A DNA stretch of 64,000 nt from a virus. Location of the stretch: IMG/VR virus record IMGVR_UViG_3300031741_000001, positions 1-64,000 of that record, one strand, 5' to 3'. Made by a program: the position numbers and the translations under genes. Shown piece by piece: positions 38,205 through 48,838 of the stretch. The notes under the pieces are model-generated. The model did no database searches and was not told the origin of the DNA. It was given only the letters and a program-made list of their open reading frames with translations. Numbering within the stretch: position 1 is the stretch's first letter; every line of letters starts with the position of its first letter.

Positions 38205-39585
38205 TTAAACCTCCAACGATAACTGGGGTGATTATATTAGGAGATGCTCCGTATATTACCATTAATGAAATCTGATAATTATTAAAGTTATCATACACCT
38301 CATTAAAATTACGATAAGCAACATCTAGATAGTTGTTTTCTAAATCATCTAAAATCTTGTAGCTTGTTTTTAAAAATCCAGTACTTGGAATAGGCGTCTC
38401 GCTACTATTAAGAATATTATTTCCAAGATACGGTAAATCCATAATGGCTCTAGTCTTATCTGGATATATCAGTCTTAAATAATCTATAATTTCTTTAGTT
38501 GTTTCTTGAACTAAAAGACCACCTAGGTCCTTTGGAAAAAGAATATCATTTACGTTTATCTTTCCGTGACTAGAGTAGAACATTGGTCTCAGATGAGAGT
38601 TCTTTACTAAAATAATATAATTTTCGAAATTAACCGGATCCGAAATACTTTTACCATATTCCTCTATGGTTTTAGAAGATACTATATTTGAATTATATTC
38701 AAAGTCTGATAAAATAATATCGTTACTCATTAGTATTTTCTCTAACCCTATATTATCTAGATCTACTTCTATAGTCGAAGTATTAGGCATATTGTAATCT
38801 TTAGAGAAAAACATTCTACCAGCTATCACTACTATTGGAGTAGCGTCCCCTATATCTTTAGGCATGACAGCAGATATTCTATTTTTGGTTACTGTGTTCT
38901 TACAGTCGCTAAATCTAATGGTAGTCATCCCACCAACGTTTGAAAAATCAACTAGTAATAGATTTAGATTTCTATTTGCTGTAGTTGTTAGATATCGTGT
39001 AGTGTCTTTAGCCCAGAGCTCGTTATCAAAAACCATAGGGTATCCAACTACTCCATTAATTATAGGAATAGTATTTTCAAATGAAATCTCGTCTGCTGTT
39101 TGAGAGAAAAAGATATCGGTAAGCATATATTTTAAATTTGGATTATTTTTAACTGTAGGGTTTGATGTTATAGAATATCCGCATGTGATACTCTGAGAAT
39201 TCTCTACTGATATTATTTCAGGAGTTTTCTGTATTATTGAAGAGAATGGTAGGGGAACGTATAACAATTTCCCATTCTGATTATCCAACATCGTGATAGG
39301 AGTAAATGTTTGAACTGTATAAGTTAGTATATCAATATCTGTAATTTTAGTTATAAATTCTATCCATGTTAATGAACCAGATGTACTATTCGGTTCTCTT
39401 AACATTAAAGTTAAATTTAAAAAAACATTCTTGGCGGTGCTCCCGTTGGTAATACAAACTACAAACTTCTGATTAAATCCGACAGTCGATAATATCGAGT
39501 CTAGCGATAAAGTGTTCGATGAGAATGCTAATATATCAGTATCTGTTATTTTAAGTGTGTATAAAAAGGCGTTATTGTTTTTCAT
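38194..39585 (-). CDS. Putative virion structural protein
   Basis: 463 aa beta-rich (PIINGVV, VVIAGR); late-type promoter at 39601-39615. Confidence 0.55.
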   Translation of the reverse strand: MKNNNAFLYTLKITDTDILAFSSNTLSLDSILSTVGFNQKFVVCITNGSTAKNVFLNLTLMLREPNSTSGSLTWIEFITKITDIDILTYTVQTFTPITMLDNQNGKLLYVPLPFSSIIQKTPEIISVENSQSITCGYSITSNPTVKNNPNLKYMLTDIFFSQTADEISFENTIPIINGVVGYPMVFDNELWAKDTTRYLTTTANRNLNLLLVDFSNVGGMTTIRFSDCKNTVTKNRISAVMPKDIGDATPIVVIAGRMFFSKDYNMPNTSTIEVDLDNIGLEKILMSNDIILSDFEYNSNIVSSKTIEEYGKSISDPVNFENYIILVKNSHLRPMFYSSHGKINVNDILFPKDLGGLLVQETTKEIIDYLRLIYPDKTRAIMDLPYLGNNILNSSETPIPSTGFLKTSYKILDDLENNYLDVAYRNFNEVYDNFNNYQISLMVIYGASPNIITPVIVGGLNEQ

Positions 39586-39600
39586 AAGTATCTCCTATTC

Positions 39601-39615
39601 TTATATATAATGTTT
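39601..39615 (-). promoter_or_regulatory. Putative late promoter (AAACATTATATATAA)
   Basis: Member of the recurrent motif family. Confidence 0.5.
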
Positions 39616-39637
39616 CCAAATAAAAAGAAAAAGAAAA

Positions 39638-39669
39638 ACACTAGGTGGAGTCGGAACTCCACCTAGTGT
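39638..39669 (-). terminator. Terminator hairpin (14 bp stem)
   Basis: ACACTAGGTGGAGT-cgga-ACTCCACCTAGTGT with an A-rich tract on the left. Confidence 0.85.
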
Positions 39670-39699
39670 ATTAAGCATAGATTATTTTAAAGATTTTAC

Positions 39700-40380
39700 T
39701 TAGAAACGTTTTCCTAACATAGATCTACGTTCGTCAGCTCTGTCTTTAGCAGATTGTTTTTTATAAGCTTCATGTCCGTAGTCATGACCCTTCATACTGC
39801 GTGATTCGTCAGCTCTTGATTTTGCAGACTGTTTCTTCATGTCAGCATAACCTTCTTTTCCATAATACTTATCAAGACCGCGAGCATCATCTTCACGAGC
39901 TTTAGCACTTTCATTATATTTCTTTTCGTGAGCATAATCATCTCCGCGCATTCCACGTGATTCATCAGCTCTTGATTTTGCAGACTGTTTCTTCATGTCA
40001 GCATAACCTTCATGCCCGAAATGTTTTCCGATCATTGATTTACGCTCGTCGGCTCTATCAGCAGCTGACTGTTTTTTCCAACCGGAAGCTTCATGTCCGT
40101 AGTCGTGACCCTTCATACTGCGTGATTCGTCAGATCTGTCTTTAGATGTCTGAGCATATTTTTTCTTTTCAAGAGCTAAAAGAACTTCTTCAAGAGATAT
40201 TAAAGCATCTTCTCTACAGTTAAGATCTACTACATCACGAAGAACTTCGTCTTCAACGATAAAATTTCTAATAGTTTCAGATAGACCGTGCTGGTCAACC
40301 ATGTCGAAAATATTACAGATGATATCTGTCTGTGAATCTAGATCTGCGCTTCCGTTACTTTCTGTGCCGATGTTAAACAT
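39700..40380 (-). CDS. Repeat-containing putative internal head polyprotein
   Basis: Six charged repeats of about 22-28 aa (KKQSAKSRADESRSMKGHDYGHE); the first five end in (G/A)-x-E. Confidence 0.7.
   Translation of the reverse strand: MFNIGTESNGSADLDSQTDIICNIFDMVDQHGLSETIRNFIVEDEVLRDVVDLNCREDALISLEEVLLALEKKKYAQTSKDRSDESRSMKGHDYGHEASGWKKQSAADRADERKSMIGKHFGHEGYADMKKQSAKSRADESRGMRGDDYAHEKKYNESAKAREDDARGLDKYYGKEGYADMKKQSAKSRADESRSMKGHDYGHEAYKKQSAKDRADERRSMLGKRF
39703..40165 (-). repeat. Imperfect in-frame tandem repeats
   Basis: For example, an identical 47 bp block at 39809-39855 and 39965-40011. Confidence 0.85.
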
Positions 40381-40473
40381 GTTGTTCGTCTTTCTTTGTT
40401 TGTTTTTATTACTTAGGAAATTTATTAAATAGATATATTATTAGCTTATATAATATATTTAATTTTTTTTTAA

Positions 40474-42117
40474 TTACTGATGTGCTTTTTGTACAATTAA
40501 AACTGGAACAGCATAAATTATTTCATATTGGGTAGCTGTTTTAAACAAAAACTCTACTAGAACTGTTTTATTGGAGTAGAGAGTGGGAGTAGCTAAATTA
40601 AATAGAGCATTGTATTTAGAAACTTCTATAGGTGAGGTTATTAAAATCTTTCCTGTTGTAGCATCTCTCAGTACAAAATGAGTAGGCACCTGCGGTACGG
40701 TATCGATAGCGGCAACGTATGGTGGGGATGCTTGAGAGTAGAAATTAAAAAGGAAACTTTTTTCTGAGAAAAGATTAGAGGATATATAATATTGTTTTAA
40801 TATCGCGTCATAGAATACCGTTGGTCTAACAAAAGCACCGTAACTTCGTCCATATATTAATTCGTCAGTAGAAGCGTCTGCTAATAAATAAGGCATATCC
40901 GCTACTGGTAAATCTAAATGAATCGAGAATGCCTGAGTGAAGTTTGGATTACCTGAGACAAACGATTTAGTAGTTATCTCTAAGTTCTGCCATACGCCCA
41001 ACGAAGCTCCGTTGAATTTAGTAGCTCCAAAAGTAATATCGGAACTAGGGATTATTTTCATCGCTTTTTCATTTTGAGAATATCCCGCATATCCTAGAGT
41101 CCAAGATTTAGAAATGCCATCATAGGTTGGTATTATTGAAATCTTAGAATAATCAAGTAATGGTGTTGGTAGTATTTTAATAGTTTTTTCAAAAACTAGA
41201 ACCCTATTAACGTTCTCGTCAAAGATACTACATATTGAATTATCGGATAAGAAGTATTTAATCATTATCTTAAAATCAACATTAGGTGTATCTGTAGATA
41301 CATCTTCAAGACCGTAAATAAAACAAGTCTTTCCATCTATCGGAACAAGTTGTTCTGAACCATCTTGGAAAATAAGCTTAGGCCAGAAGGTCAAAGCTGT
41401 TACATTCTGATTAAGATATAGAGCCCAATCAGAACCCGTAATTTGATTAGCAGTAGCGACGAAACCCGTAATAGGATTAGACGTATCCTGAAAATCTGTA
41501 AGTATAAGAGCTTTTCTTGAAATTAAGCGATACTCGGATATCTGCATTCCAGCAGCGTCATATAGTTCTAAGTAAACAGTATTACCTGGGTCCATAGGGT
41601 ATGCGGTATAGCAATTTAAGCATCTGCTAATATTAGCTACTCCAGTAGGGACTATCGGTACTAGACTCCCCTCTACCTTTCCTTGACTATCCACATAGAT
41701 ACTTATAGGGACTTTTGTACCATCCGTTGTCGTGACGACTAATTGATAATTAGCAGCATCCCCGCCGTCGAATGTTATTTTTTCATCAACTACTAATCTA
41801 GTTCTAGTTTGTCTAGTATCATAGAAAAGCATACATATTTGATTTCCATATCCGGATACTATAGGACCACCTTTTGAAACAACGCCGATAGGTTCAATAT
41901 CAGATTCGAAGGTTACTGGATTAACAGCTACTACAACGTACAACATTTTACTATTAACATCAATAGTCTCAATTATCAACGAATCTACTGCTGGTATAAA
42001 ATACCCTTTTATCGACGGTCCATTATTAGGATTGAAAATCTTCTCTAAAGGATAAACTTGAGGGAGATCATATCCTATAAGTTTTATACTCTCACTTCCT
42101 AGCTTTTCTTCTTTCAT
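40474..42117 (-). CDS. Virion structural protein (phiKZ gp26-like)
   Basis: 547 aa beta-rich; C-terminal PTHFVL motif; order gp26/27/28-like opposite sheath and tube. Confidence 0.55.
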   Translation of the reverse strand: MKEEKLGSESIKLIGYDLPQVYPLEKIFNPNNGPSIKGYFIPAVDSLIIETIDVNSKMLYVVVAVNPVTFESDIEPIGVVSKGGPIVSGYGNQICMLFYDTRQTRTRLVVDEKITFDGGDAANYQLVVTTTDGTKVPISIYVDSQGKVEGSLVPIVPTGVANISRCLNCYTAYPMDPGNTVYLELYDAAGMQISEYRLISRKALILTDFQDTSNPITGFVATANQITGSDWALYLNQNVTALTFWPKLIFQDGSEQLVPIDGKTCFIYGLEDVSTDTPNVDFKIMIKYFLSDNSICSIFDENVNRVLVFEKTIKILPTPLLDYSKISIIPTYDGISKSWTLGYAGYSQNEKAMKIIPSSDITFGATKFNGASLGVWQNLEITTKSFVSGNPNFTQAFSIHLDLPVADMPYLLADASTDELIYGRSYGAFVRPTVFYDAILKQYYISSNLFSEKSFLFNFYSQASPPYVAAIDTVPQVPTHFVLRDATTGKILITSPIEVSKYNALFNLATPTLYSNKTVLVEFLFKTATQYEIIYAVPVLIVQKAHQ

Positions 42118-42120
42118 AAT

Positions 42121-43050
42121 TTAAACCTTCTTTATAGCTGATCTACAAATCTGAACCATTTTGTAAAGAAGAAGATCTGTTTCGCTCACACAGACCCTCA
42201 GTACTTTTTTATAGATGAGAGAATTTTTCTTAAAAAGAACAGCATCTTCTTTAGATAAAGATCCTTCACCTTTCATATTCAAGTTAGCTTGTAGAAGAGC
42301 TTTGATTTTACTATAAAGATTTTTAAAGAAATGCTCGTATTGTTTAAATGTCAAACAATCATCTAATGATCTTTTAATAGTTTCTTTAGTCCAAGCGGCT
42401 TCTAGTAGAGTTTTTTTTCTACGATCGGGGCTTTCTGTAGCTATTATTTTACCTGAAGAATTCATTTCGAATCCTATTTTTGGAAGATCTTTAACGATAT
42501 CCGGTATTCCTTCTTTCAAAACCTTTTCAACTGAAGTTTTTTGAAACTTCTTGATGATAAGATTTAATTCTCTAAGTCTTCCATTAAACTCGGTCGGAGT
42601 CGGTATCTCCAAAGATCTATTCGAGAGATATATCACTGGATTCTCATCTATTAATTTTTTAAAATCTTCAAGAACTATAAGATTACCAAAAAATCTATTA
42701 AAAAATGAGAGTAGGACTTTCTCAAAAGAAGAAGATATATTACCAACTGAGATTAAGCTCTTTGCGAAGAACTCTAATGAGAAATCAAAATCCTCGCTAA
42801 TGATGTCAAGATTCTGCTGGTGAGTCAGTCTAGGATTAATAAAATTAGAAAGCATCGCCAGCCCGTCAAGAGATGCTGTTTTTGAAACTAATATATTTTT
42901 AATTTTAGAAATCTCTTCTAAGTAATTGATTTTAGAGCTTTCTTCATTACACTCGCAATCAAAACTGTTGAGATCTTGTATGAATATGAGCATCTCGGTC
43001 GTTTCCGGAGTTTCGTTCTTCGGTCTTAATAGTGATAAATTTAAAGACAT
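42121..43050 (-). CDS. Putative internal head protein, paralog family
   Basis: 309 aa; FSLE| site; C-terminal domain similar to neighbours (P....F...+, L.K.G, L.+.(G/A)W....+). Confidence 0.6.
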   Translation of the reverse strand: MSLNLSLLRPKNETPETTEMLIFIQDLNSFDCECNEESSKINYLEEISKIKNILVSKTASLDGLAMLSNFINPRLTHQQNLDIISEDFDFSLEFFAKSLISVGNISSSFEKVLLSFFNRFFGNLIVLEDFKKLIDENPVIYLSNRSLEIPTPTEFNGRLRELNLIIKKFQKTSVEKVLKEGIPDIVKDLPKIGFEMNSSGKIIATESPDRRKKTLLEAAWTKETIKRSLDDCLTFKQYEHFFKNLYSKIKALLQANLNMKGEGSLSKEDAVLFKKNSLIYKKVLRVCVSETDLLLYKMVQICRSAIKKV

Positions 43051-43063
43051 TACGAATCTCCGT

Positions 43064-43963
43064 TTAAATATTCTCGATACTATTTACTAAAATAGCTAGT
43101 TTTTTCATTAAAACAATACCACGACCTGAAGCATGTCTTATAATACTTCCATATTCAGTACGTTTCTTAACATTATTTTTAATGCTAAATTTATCTTCTT
43201 TTTTATCCCGTCTATCTTCTTTAGAAAGCATTTCAACTTTTTTAAGATAATTCCTTATTTGAACCCCAACTCCAGTAAGAGCAATACATGATTTTAGAGC
43301 TACTATTATATTACTCTTTGTCCACCCACTATCCATCAGAACAATATCGGCGTTTCTCTTTTTAGGAATTTTAATCTTCCCTCTCTCAGTATTTACTCTT
43401 AGACCTGTCTTTTCTAAGTCTTTTAAGAATGGGGTTAAGTCTGCTTGGATTCCTTTTTCTGGCGATATGGCAAACATCTTTTCAAGAACTCTTGTTACTA
43501 CTCTAATTTGCTCGATAAATTCTTTAGCTGGCAAAATCGCCATAGTTTTATTAGCATATTCTTTCAATCCGTATTTCCCAATGTCCGATAAGTTTCTAGT
43601 AAATCTTCCATTGAATTTTTCCATAGATTTCTCAAACTGTTTGGATACTACTAAAATCTTACTTAGAAATGAATTTTCTAAAACTAGAGCTTCGTTAGCT
43701 ATTTCAATATCTTCAATATTTTCTAAAGCTATTTGTTTTCTAGTAGTACAATCTATTTCTATTTCTTTAAGCGAATCTCCATGCAAGTCTAGAAGTTCTT
43801 TGGTGACTCCAAAATTAAAAATATGCTCTTTAACTTTCTGCAAATTAGCTAATGATTCTAATTGAGCCTCATACTCTTCAAAATCATCTAGACTATCTTT
43901 AAACGCAACTAGATCATCATAAAGAGTCGTTGATTCTTCTGTCTTAATATTAAGTAAATTCAT
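43064..43963 (-). CDS. Putative internal head protein, paralog family
   Basis: MNLLNIK leader, SLA/ALE/ANE-type sites, LMDSGWT motif. Confidence 0.6.
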   Translation of the reverse strand: MNLLNIKTEESTTLYDDLVAFKDSLDDFEEYEAQLESLANLQKVKEHIFNFGVTKELLDLHGDSLKEIEIDCTTRKQIALENIEDIEIANEALVLENSFLSKILVVSKQFEKSMEKFNGRFTRNLSDIGKYGLKEYANKTMAILPAKEFIEQIRVVTRVLEKMFAISPEKGIQADLTPFLKDLEKTGLRVNTERGKIKIPKKRNADIVLMDSGWTKSNIIVALKSCIALTGVGVQIRNYLKKVEMLSKEDRRDKKEDKFSIKNNVKKRTEYGSIIRHASGRGIVLMKKLAILVNSIENI

Positions 43964-43972
43964 TTGTTTATC

Positions 43973-44659
43973 CTATCTTATTGTTTTTTTAACCAATCGT
44001 AAAATATTATTTGTTATTATTAAGTATTCTTTAAAGACTAAGAATACTATTTTTTTATAAAAAGCAAATTCTTTTCTGTTGCTACGTAATGCTAACTGCA
44101 CATTTTTACCATTATTTTCAATACTATCAGAAAGTTCCTTAATATCTGAAATCTCTCGAAAGGCTTCTTTGAGAGTGTTAGGATTCCAACCAACTGACGC
44201 GATATCGACTTTTTCTATCTTCTGGGCATCGAGTTTAAGAGTTTTCCCTAAAACTAGAGATACGTTTAAAGAATGCAGATCCGTCTTATACTTCGATATA
44301 TTAAAATTCGTTAACTCTTCTTCTGATAGTTTACTGAATTCAGTTAATATTTTTCTACACGTTCTTATTTTCTGTAATGTTATGTTGGCAGATTCTATCC
44401 TAACAGATACGTTTTCTAGGTTCTTAAAACCTTTAATCTCTATCCTTTTTCTATACTTATCTATCTCGGATTGAGCAACCCGTATTGTGGATGTTAAATT
44501 GCTAGCTTTACTGAAGTGTTTAATTTGTCCAAGTATTAATGTCTTTTTATTATCACTACTCTTATCGTCCACGAATATACCTTCAGTAGCCACGCAATCT
44601 TCATCTTTCAACAAAGAATTCAATTCGCTTTCAAACAAATCGATTTTTAAAATATTCAT
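43973..44659 (-). CDS. Putative internal head protein, paralog family
   Basis: MNILKID...VATE|GIF; clear paralog of 44661..45335. Confidence 0.6.
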   Translation of the reverse strand: MNILKIDLFESELNSLLKDEDCVATEGIFVDDKSSDNKKTLILGQIKHFSKASNLTSTIRVAQSEIDKYRKRIEIKGFKNLENVSVRIESANITLQKIRTCRKILTEFSKLSEEELTNFNISKYKTDLHSLNVSLVLGKTLKLDAQKIEKVDIASVGWNPNTLKEAFREISDIKELSDSIENNGKNVQLALRSNRKEFAFYKKIVFLVFKEYLIITNNILRLVKKTIR

Positions 44660-44660
44660 A

Positions 44661-45335
44661 CTATCTCCTTGTCGCTTTGACCAATCTTAAAACGTCGCGG
44701 GTAAGAACTAAATACTCTTTTAATAAAGAAAACATTAGGTTGGTATAAACGGCAAAAGGTCCTTTATGATCTTTAACTTCTTTCTTTAGAGTTTTAGCTT
44801 TGCCATCTATGTTTTGTATGAATTTTTCAATATCGTAAATATCCCCAAACGCCTTTGTAATATTTTCAGTAGACCAACCATTCTCCAATAAATTTATTTT
44901 TTTATTTTTAGTTTTAACATTCTTAAACTTAAAATAATCTACTGTAGATATGTTTAAAAATTCTAAATCTTTTTTATATCTTTTGAAACTACTATATTGT
45001 AAATCTTTAGCTGAATAATTACTAAGCTGATCTATTAATTTTTTACATCGTGTTATCTGAGGGATAAGAACCCTGGCTGTAGGTACCGCTACTTGTATTC
45101 CGGTTAAATCTTTAAACCCCTTTTTATCTAATCTTTTCTGATACCTCTTAATTTTAACTTTAGCAGCTTTTACCGTATCCGTAATTCTTGAAGTTCTCGT
45201 CCATCTAGGTTGGCCTATACGAGCTCCGAAACCATGATAGAAAATCCCTTCTAATGAGAAATCTATATCTCCGAAATCTTCGTCTAATAAAGCGTCTACG
45301 TCTTGGTCAAAAATATCAATGTTTAAAATATTCAT
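44661..45335 (-). CDS. Putative internal head protein, paralog family
   Basis: MNILNID...FSLE|GIF; shares KGFK.L, YK.DL..LN, GW and L.KEYL with its neighbour. Confidence 0.6.
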   Translation of the reverse strand: MNILNIDIFDQDVDALLDEDFGDIDFSLEGIFYHGFGARIGQPRWTRTSRITDTVKAAKVKIKRYQKRLDKKGFKDLTGIQVAVPTARVLIPQITRCKKLIDQLSNYSAKDLQYSSFKRYKKDLEFLNISTVDYFKFKNVKTKNKKINLLENGWSTENITKAFGDIYDIEKFIQNIDGKAKTLKKEVKDHKGPFAVYTNLMFSLLKEYLVLTRDVLRLVKATRR

Positions 45336-47995
45336 TTCAATCCTTTAAATTCGGTTAAGTATCCCTTAACTCCGATTGTTGGTTCTTGTGGTAGTTCGTC
45401 TACAGCTATCATAGTTAACGCTATATAATCTTTCATATCAGTAGTGACATAATTATAGAAAATGGGGTAAGCGTCTATGAAATTAAAATCTAAATCTCCA
45501 TTAAAAATTAAATCAAAATCTTTTAAATAATTATAAGTTTTAATCTGAGCTAATAGAGCGGTTATATTTGGATCAAAAACTACTGATTTCTCACCGGTCA
45601 CTATATCTCTAAACACTATCGATAGGAATAAACTATATAGTTTATAAGGTCTAGGTATTATAACTTTAGCGGGAATCTTTTTTACTGAAATAAAATAATC
45701 ACGTAAATAAGATATTCGCTTAGTATCTGGCAACTGAAGAATACTTTCCTTGAAAAATTCCAAAATATTAGGATTGATAAATGTTCTAGTGCCATAAATA
45801 GATCCGATCGGAGAAACTGTATCAGTAGAAAATAAATTAATAGAATGATTCTGAACTTCAACATTATTTTTAACATCTCCGTTTATAGAAAACATACTTA
45901 TTTGAGGGTAGTATGCTACTATACTCTCTAGAGGCAACGTGTCCCTTTCGGTATTGAAAAACCCACCATAGTCGGTGAAATCCTCTGCCCTATATGCATA
46001 GAATTCTACTTTATTATCAGTAGGTTTTAAATAATCCATATTTTGAATAACTGCCTGGGTTGATACTATACTTCCAGATTCCCCTTTCGATATATAGATC
46101 TTATAATCTATATCTTTAATTAAAGTTTTTCCATTCAAAAAACCTAACGTGCAGAATTCTCCTAAGATGGGATACGGCGTTCCGTTATATGCGGTCACTA
46201 AGTCAATGACAAATGGATCTTTATCAGACGATATATCATTAATATCTAAAGTAAAACTATATAGACCTTTAGAATTTTGTATAATGAATGTTTTCCCTAC
46301 AGTGTTTTCTGGAAAAGTTACAATATAACTAAGCCCGCTAGGTGAGATAGAGAATAACGAATATGGAACATATCCAATATTGGAGGTCTTCTCTATGAGT
46401 TGAATGGCTACACTCTCAGAGATCTCTTCATATACTAAAATATCACCATAAGGAATCACAACAGATAACGATACTGCTTCTGGTTTAAATGCAATAGTAT
46501 GTATAGATGAATTTAAAAATAACTCAGTTGCCGACTCGTCGCCGGTAGTGAAGACTACGGAGCTATTTACTTCTGCCACTAAAGAGTTGTCCTTTATCCC
46601 GGTTACTGTAATAAGATCGTCGTTTATTTTTAATCCGTTGATATAGAACATCAAAGCTAATTTCTCATTTCTGAAAAATGTAGGTATCGGAACAACTATC
46701 TCATGCGATAGCCCTTCAGGTATAGTCCCTCTCACAATACTTTCGCTAAGTAGCGAAATGCTATTAAGAACTCCCAACTCTTTAAAATAATCAGCTGGTA
46801 TTGTTTTTCCATATTCCTCTATATTGAAAGGAACATTATTCACCATTTGAACATATAGAGATTCTTCTAAAGAAGATCCTTTCCAGAAAGATAGATTAGG
46901 ATATTGTTTAGTTAAAGCTTCCGAAATGAATTTTAAAATTATCTCATCACTCTGAGTGTATAGCAGATCCATATAGTAGCTATTTCTAACTAGATAGTTA
47001 ACTTGACCATGATCTCTACAGATAACATGTAGAGTAACCTGATCGCATTTTAAATACGCCTTATAACTTTCTATAACATAAATAGGTATAGAGAAATCGT
47101 TATGGGTAATCTGAGCTATCGGTACTTTGGTCTGACACCGATGCATGAATAGACCCTTAAGACTACCTGAAGGTATCCCTACGGGTCTTATAAACACATC
47201 ACATGTGTTATTAGTAATAACTCTCCCATTAGGATTAAGAGCTTTGGGGATGTGGACTATCTGCTTAAAGCAATTATCTTTCGTGCTAAAGAATTGGTAA
47301 CTATCAGAACTGTCTTGTAAATCGATATCAAAAGTGCATATAACATTATTATCTACTAAGGTTTCAACATAATCACCTATTGAGATATCTGTTAGTTTAG
47401 TCACTTGAGCCTCGTACCCGTTAAGATAGATAGTAGTGGCTTTTAAGCAAGATGCGAATGCTAATTGAAGATCGTTTATTGTTTTAGGATTAAAACAAGA
47501 TAACGTGGTTTTCCCCGATTCTTTACTATCATAGTACGGTGCTATAAAAATACTCTTAGGTAGACTTCCAAAAGGAGCATCGATAGCTTCTATCATAACT
47601 TTATCGGCGGCTAGATAATATCCATTATTATTAAAATCGTTTGAGATATACATCTCTCCACGATAGAACATCTGACCGTTATCGCCATGGACTCTTAAAA
47701 TTAAATTACTCAAGGCTAAGAATTTATCCATCTCTATCCATTGAGTTTCCGTTTCTACCACAGGACCTTCCATAGCGCTTCTTGGAATATAGTAGAGATA
47801 ATAAGCTTTTCTATTATTTGGTAATCGTATAGTGCGGTGATTGACGGTAGCAGAAGATGTAAAGTATCCATAAAAATGAGGAATGATATTATGCCTATAT
47901 TCGGCAGATGTAGCATTCCAAACTTTCTGAGTCAAATAGTCATCTAGAGCTATCGATACCGTTGGTATAATATCTATTGGAGTCGTTTCCATCAA
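45332..47995 (-). CDS. Large virion structural protein (phiKZ gp27-like, probable baseplate)
   Basis: 887 aa; VWNA...EY, F.STKD...KQIVHIPK, QITHNDFSIP and FLNGKTLIKDIDY motifs; synteny. Confidence 0.6.
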   Translation of the reverse strand: MMETTPIDIIPTVSIALDDYLTQKVWNATSAEYRHNIIPHFYGYFTSSATVNHRTIRLPNNRKAYYLYYIPRSAMEGPVVETETQWIEMDKFLALSNLILRVHGDNGQMFYRGEMYISNDFNNNGYYLAADKVMIEAIDAPFGSLPKSIFIAPYYDSKESGKTTLSCFNPKTINDLQLAFASCLKATTIYLNGYEAQVTKLTDISIGDYVETLVDNNVICTFDIDLQDSSDSYQFFSTKDNCFKQIVHIPKALNPNGRVITNNTCDVFIRPVGIPSGSLKGLFMHRCQTKVPIAQITHNDFSIPIYVIESYKAYLKCDQVTLHVICRDHGQVNYLVRNSYYMDLLYTQSDEIILKFISEALTKQYPNLSFWKGSSLEESLYVQMVNNVPFNIEEYGKTIPADYFKELGVLNSISLLSESIVRGTIPEGLSHEIVVPIPTFFRNEKLALMFYINGLKINDDLITVTGIKDNSLVAEVNSSVVFTTGDESATELFLNSSIHTIAFKPEAVSLSVVIPYGDILVYEEISESVAIQLIEKTSNIGYVPYSLFSISPSGLSYIVTFPENTVGKTFIIQNSKGLYSFTLDINDISSDKDPFVIDLVTAYNGTPYPILGEFCTLGFLNGKTLIKDIDYKIYISKGESGSIVSTQAVIQNMDYLKPTDNKVEFYAYRAEDFTDYGGFFNTERDTLPLESIVAYYPQISMFSINGDVKNNVEVQNHSINLFSTDTVSPIGSIYGTRTFINPNILEFFKESILQLPDTKRISYLRDYFISVKKIPAKVIIPRPYKLYSLFLSIVFRDIVTGEKSVVFDPNITALLAQIKTYNYLKDFDLIFNGDLDFNFIDAYPIFYNYVTTDMKDYIALTMIAVDELPQEPTIGVKGYLTEFKGLK

Positions 47996-48024
47996 ATGCT
48001 CCCTTTAATTTATAAATTTATATA

Positions 48025-48810
48025 TTATCTCTCTGGAGCTCCGAGCACCAGTCTTAGAATTCTATTATTGGAAGTTAATATTTCCATAGTTTGATTGCAA
48101 GCTGTTGCGTTCACCCATAGATAATTATAGAAATTCTTTTTTAACATTCTCTTTTCTTTAGGGGAATTGTCCGATTTCTTAATGAGTCTTTTAGCATCTC
48201 CGAATGTTGTTGGAGCCATATTGAGTGCTCTTATAGTAGCTTCCCCAAGTTTAATAGAGAGCGGAATGAGCTCTCTTATAGTTCTAGGAGTATATCCTGC
48301 TTTCTCTATTGAAATTCTAAAACTCCCTAATCCAAATTTCCTAAGAAATGTTTTAATTTCTCTGAAGTCTACAGGTCCCTCACTATCGGTATTCTTTCTA
48401 TTAAGAGGATCAAGTCCAATCTTTTTAGATAAAACTATTATTCTTTTTAAATTAACTTTAAAAGGATCACTCTTATCAATATGAGATAGTTCTCTGAATT
48501 CTTCCAGTAAAACATTAGTATAGAATTCCACAATATCTAGAGGAATGATAGAAGATTTTTTACTTAAAGATAAATCAATGTCAGACTTGTTTAATGTAAG
48601 TCTTTTAAGAAATCTTACAAAGCCCATAATCGTTTCTATTTTAGATATTCTACCTTCGTCCGTCGTGTGGATAGTAGCCGTCATGCCCGCGGAGCCATCA
48701 AGACCCATTGCTATACCTGGAGTTACTCCGGTTACTCTTGTCATATTATACGTAAGAACTCTCTCCATGGATGCTTCTTCATTTAAACTATTTTTTAATA
48801 AATTATACAT
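48025..48810 (-). CDS. Putative internal head protein, paralog of 48839..49567
   Basis: MYNLLKNSLNEEASME|RVLT; shares KIG.DP.N and AGY/LGY motifs. Confidence 0.6.
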   Translation of the reverse strand: MYNLLKNSLNEEASMERVLTYNMTRVTGVTPGIAMGLDGSAGMTATIHTTDEGRISKIETIMGFVRFLKRLTLNKSDIDLSLSKKSSIIPLDIVEFYTNVLLEEFRELSHIDKSDPFKVNLKRIIVLSKKIGLDPLNRKNTDSEGPVDFREIKTFLRKFGLGSFRISIEKAGYTPRTIRELIPLSIKLGEATIRALNMAPTTFGDAKRLIKKSDNSPKEKRMLKKNFYNYLWVNATACNQTMEILTSNNRILRLVLGAPER

Positions 48811-48838
48811 ACTTAAATATTTCCTTTATTTAAAATAT

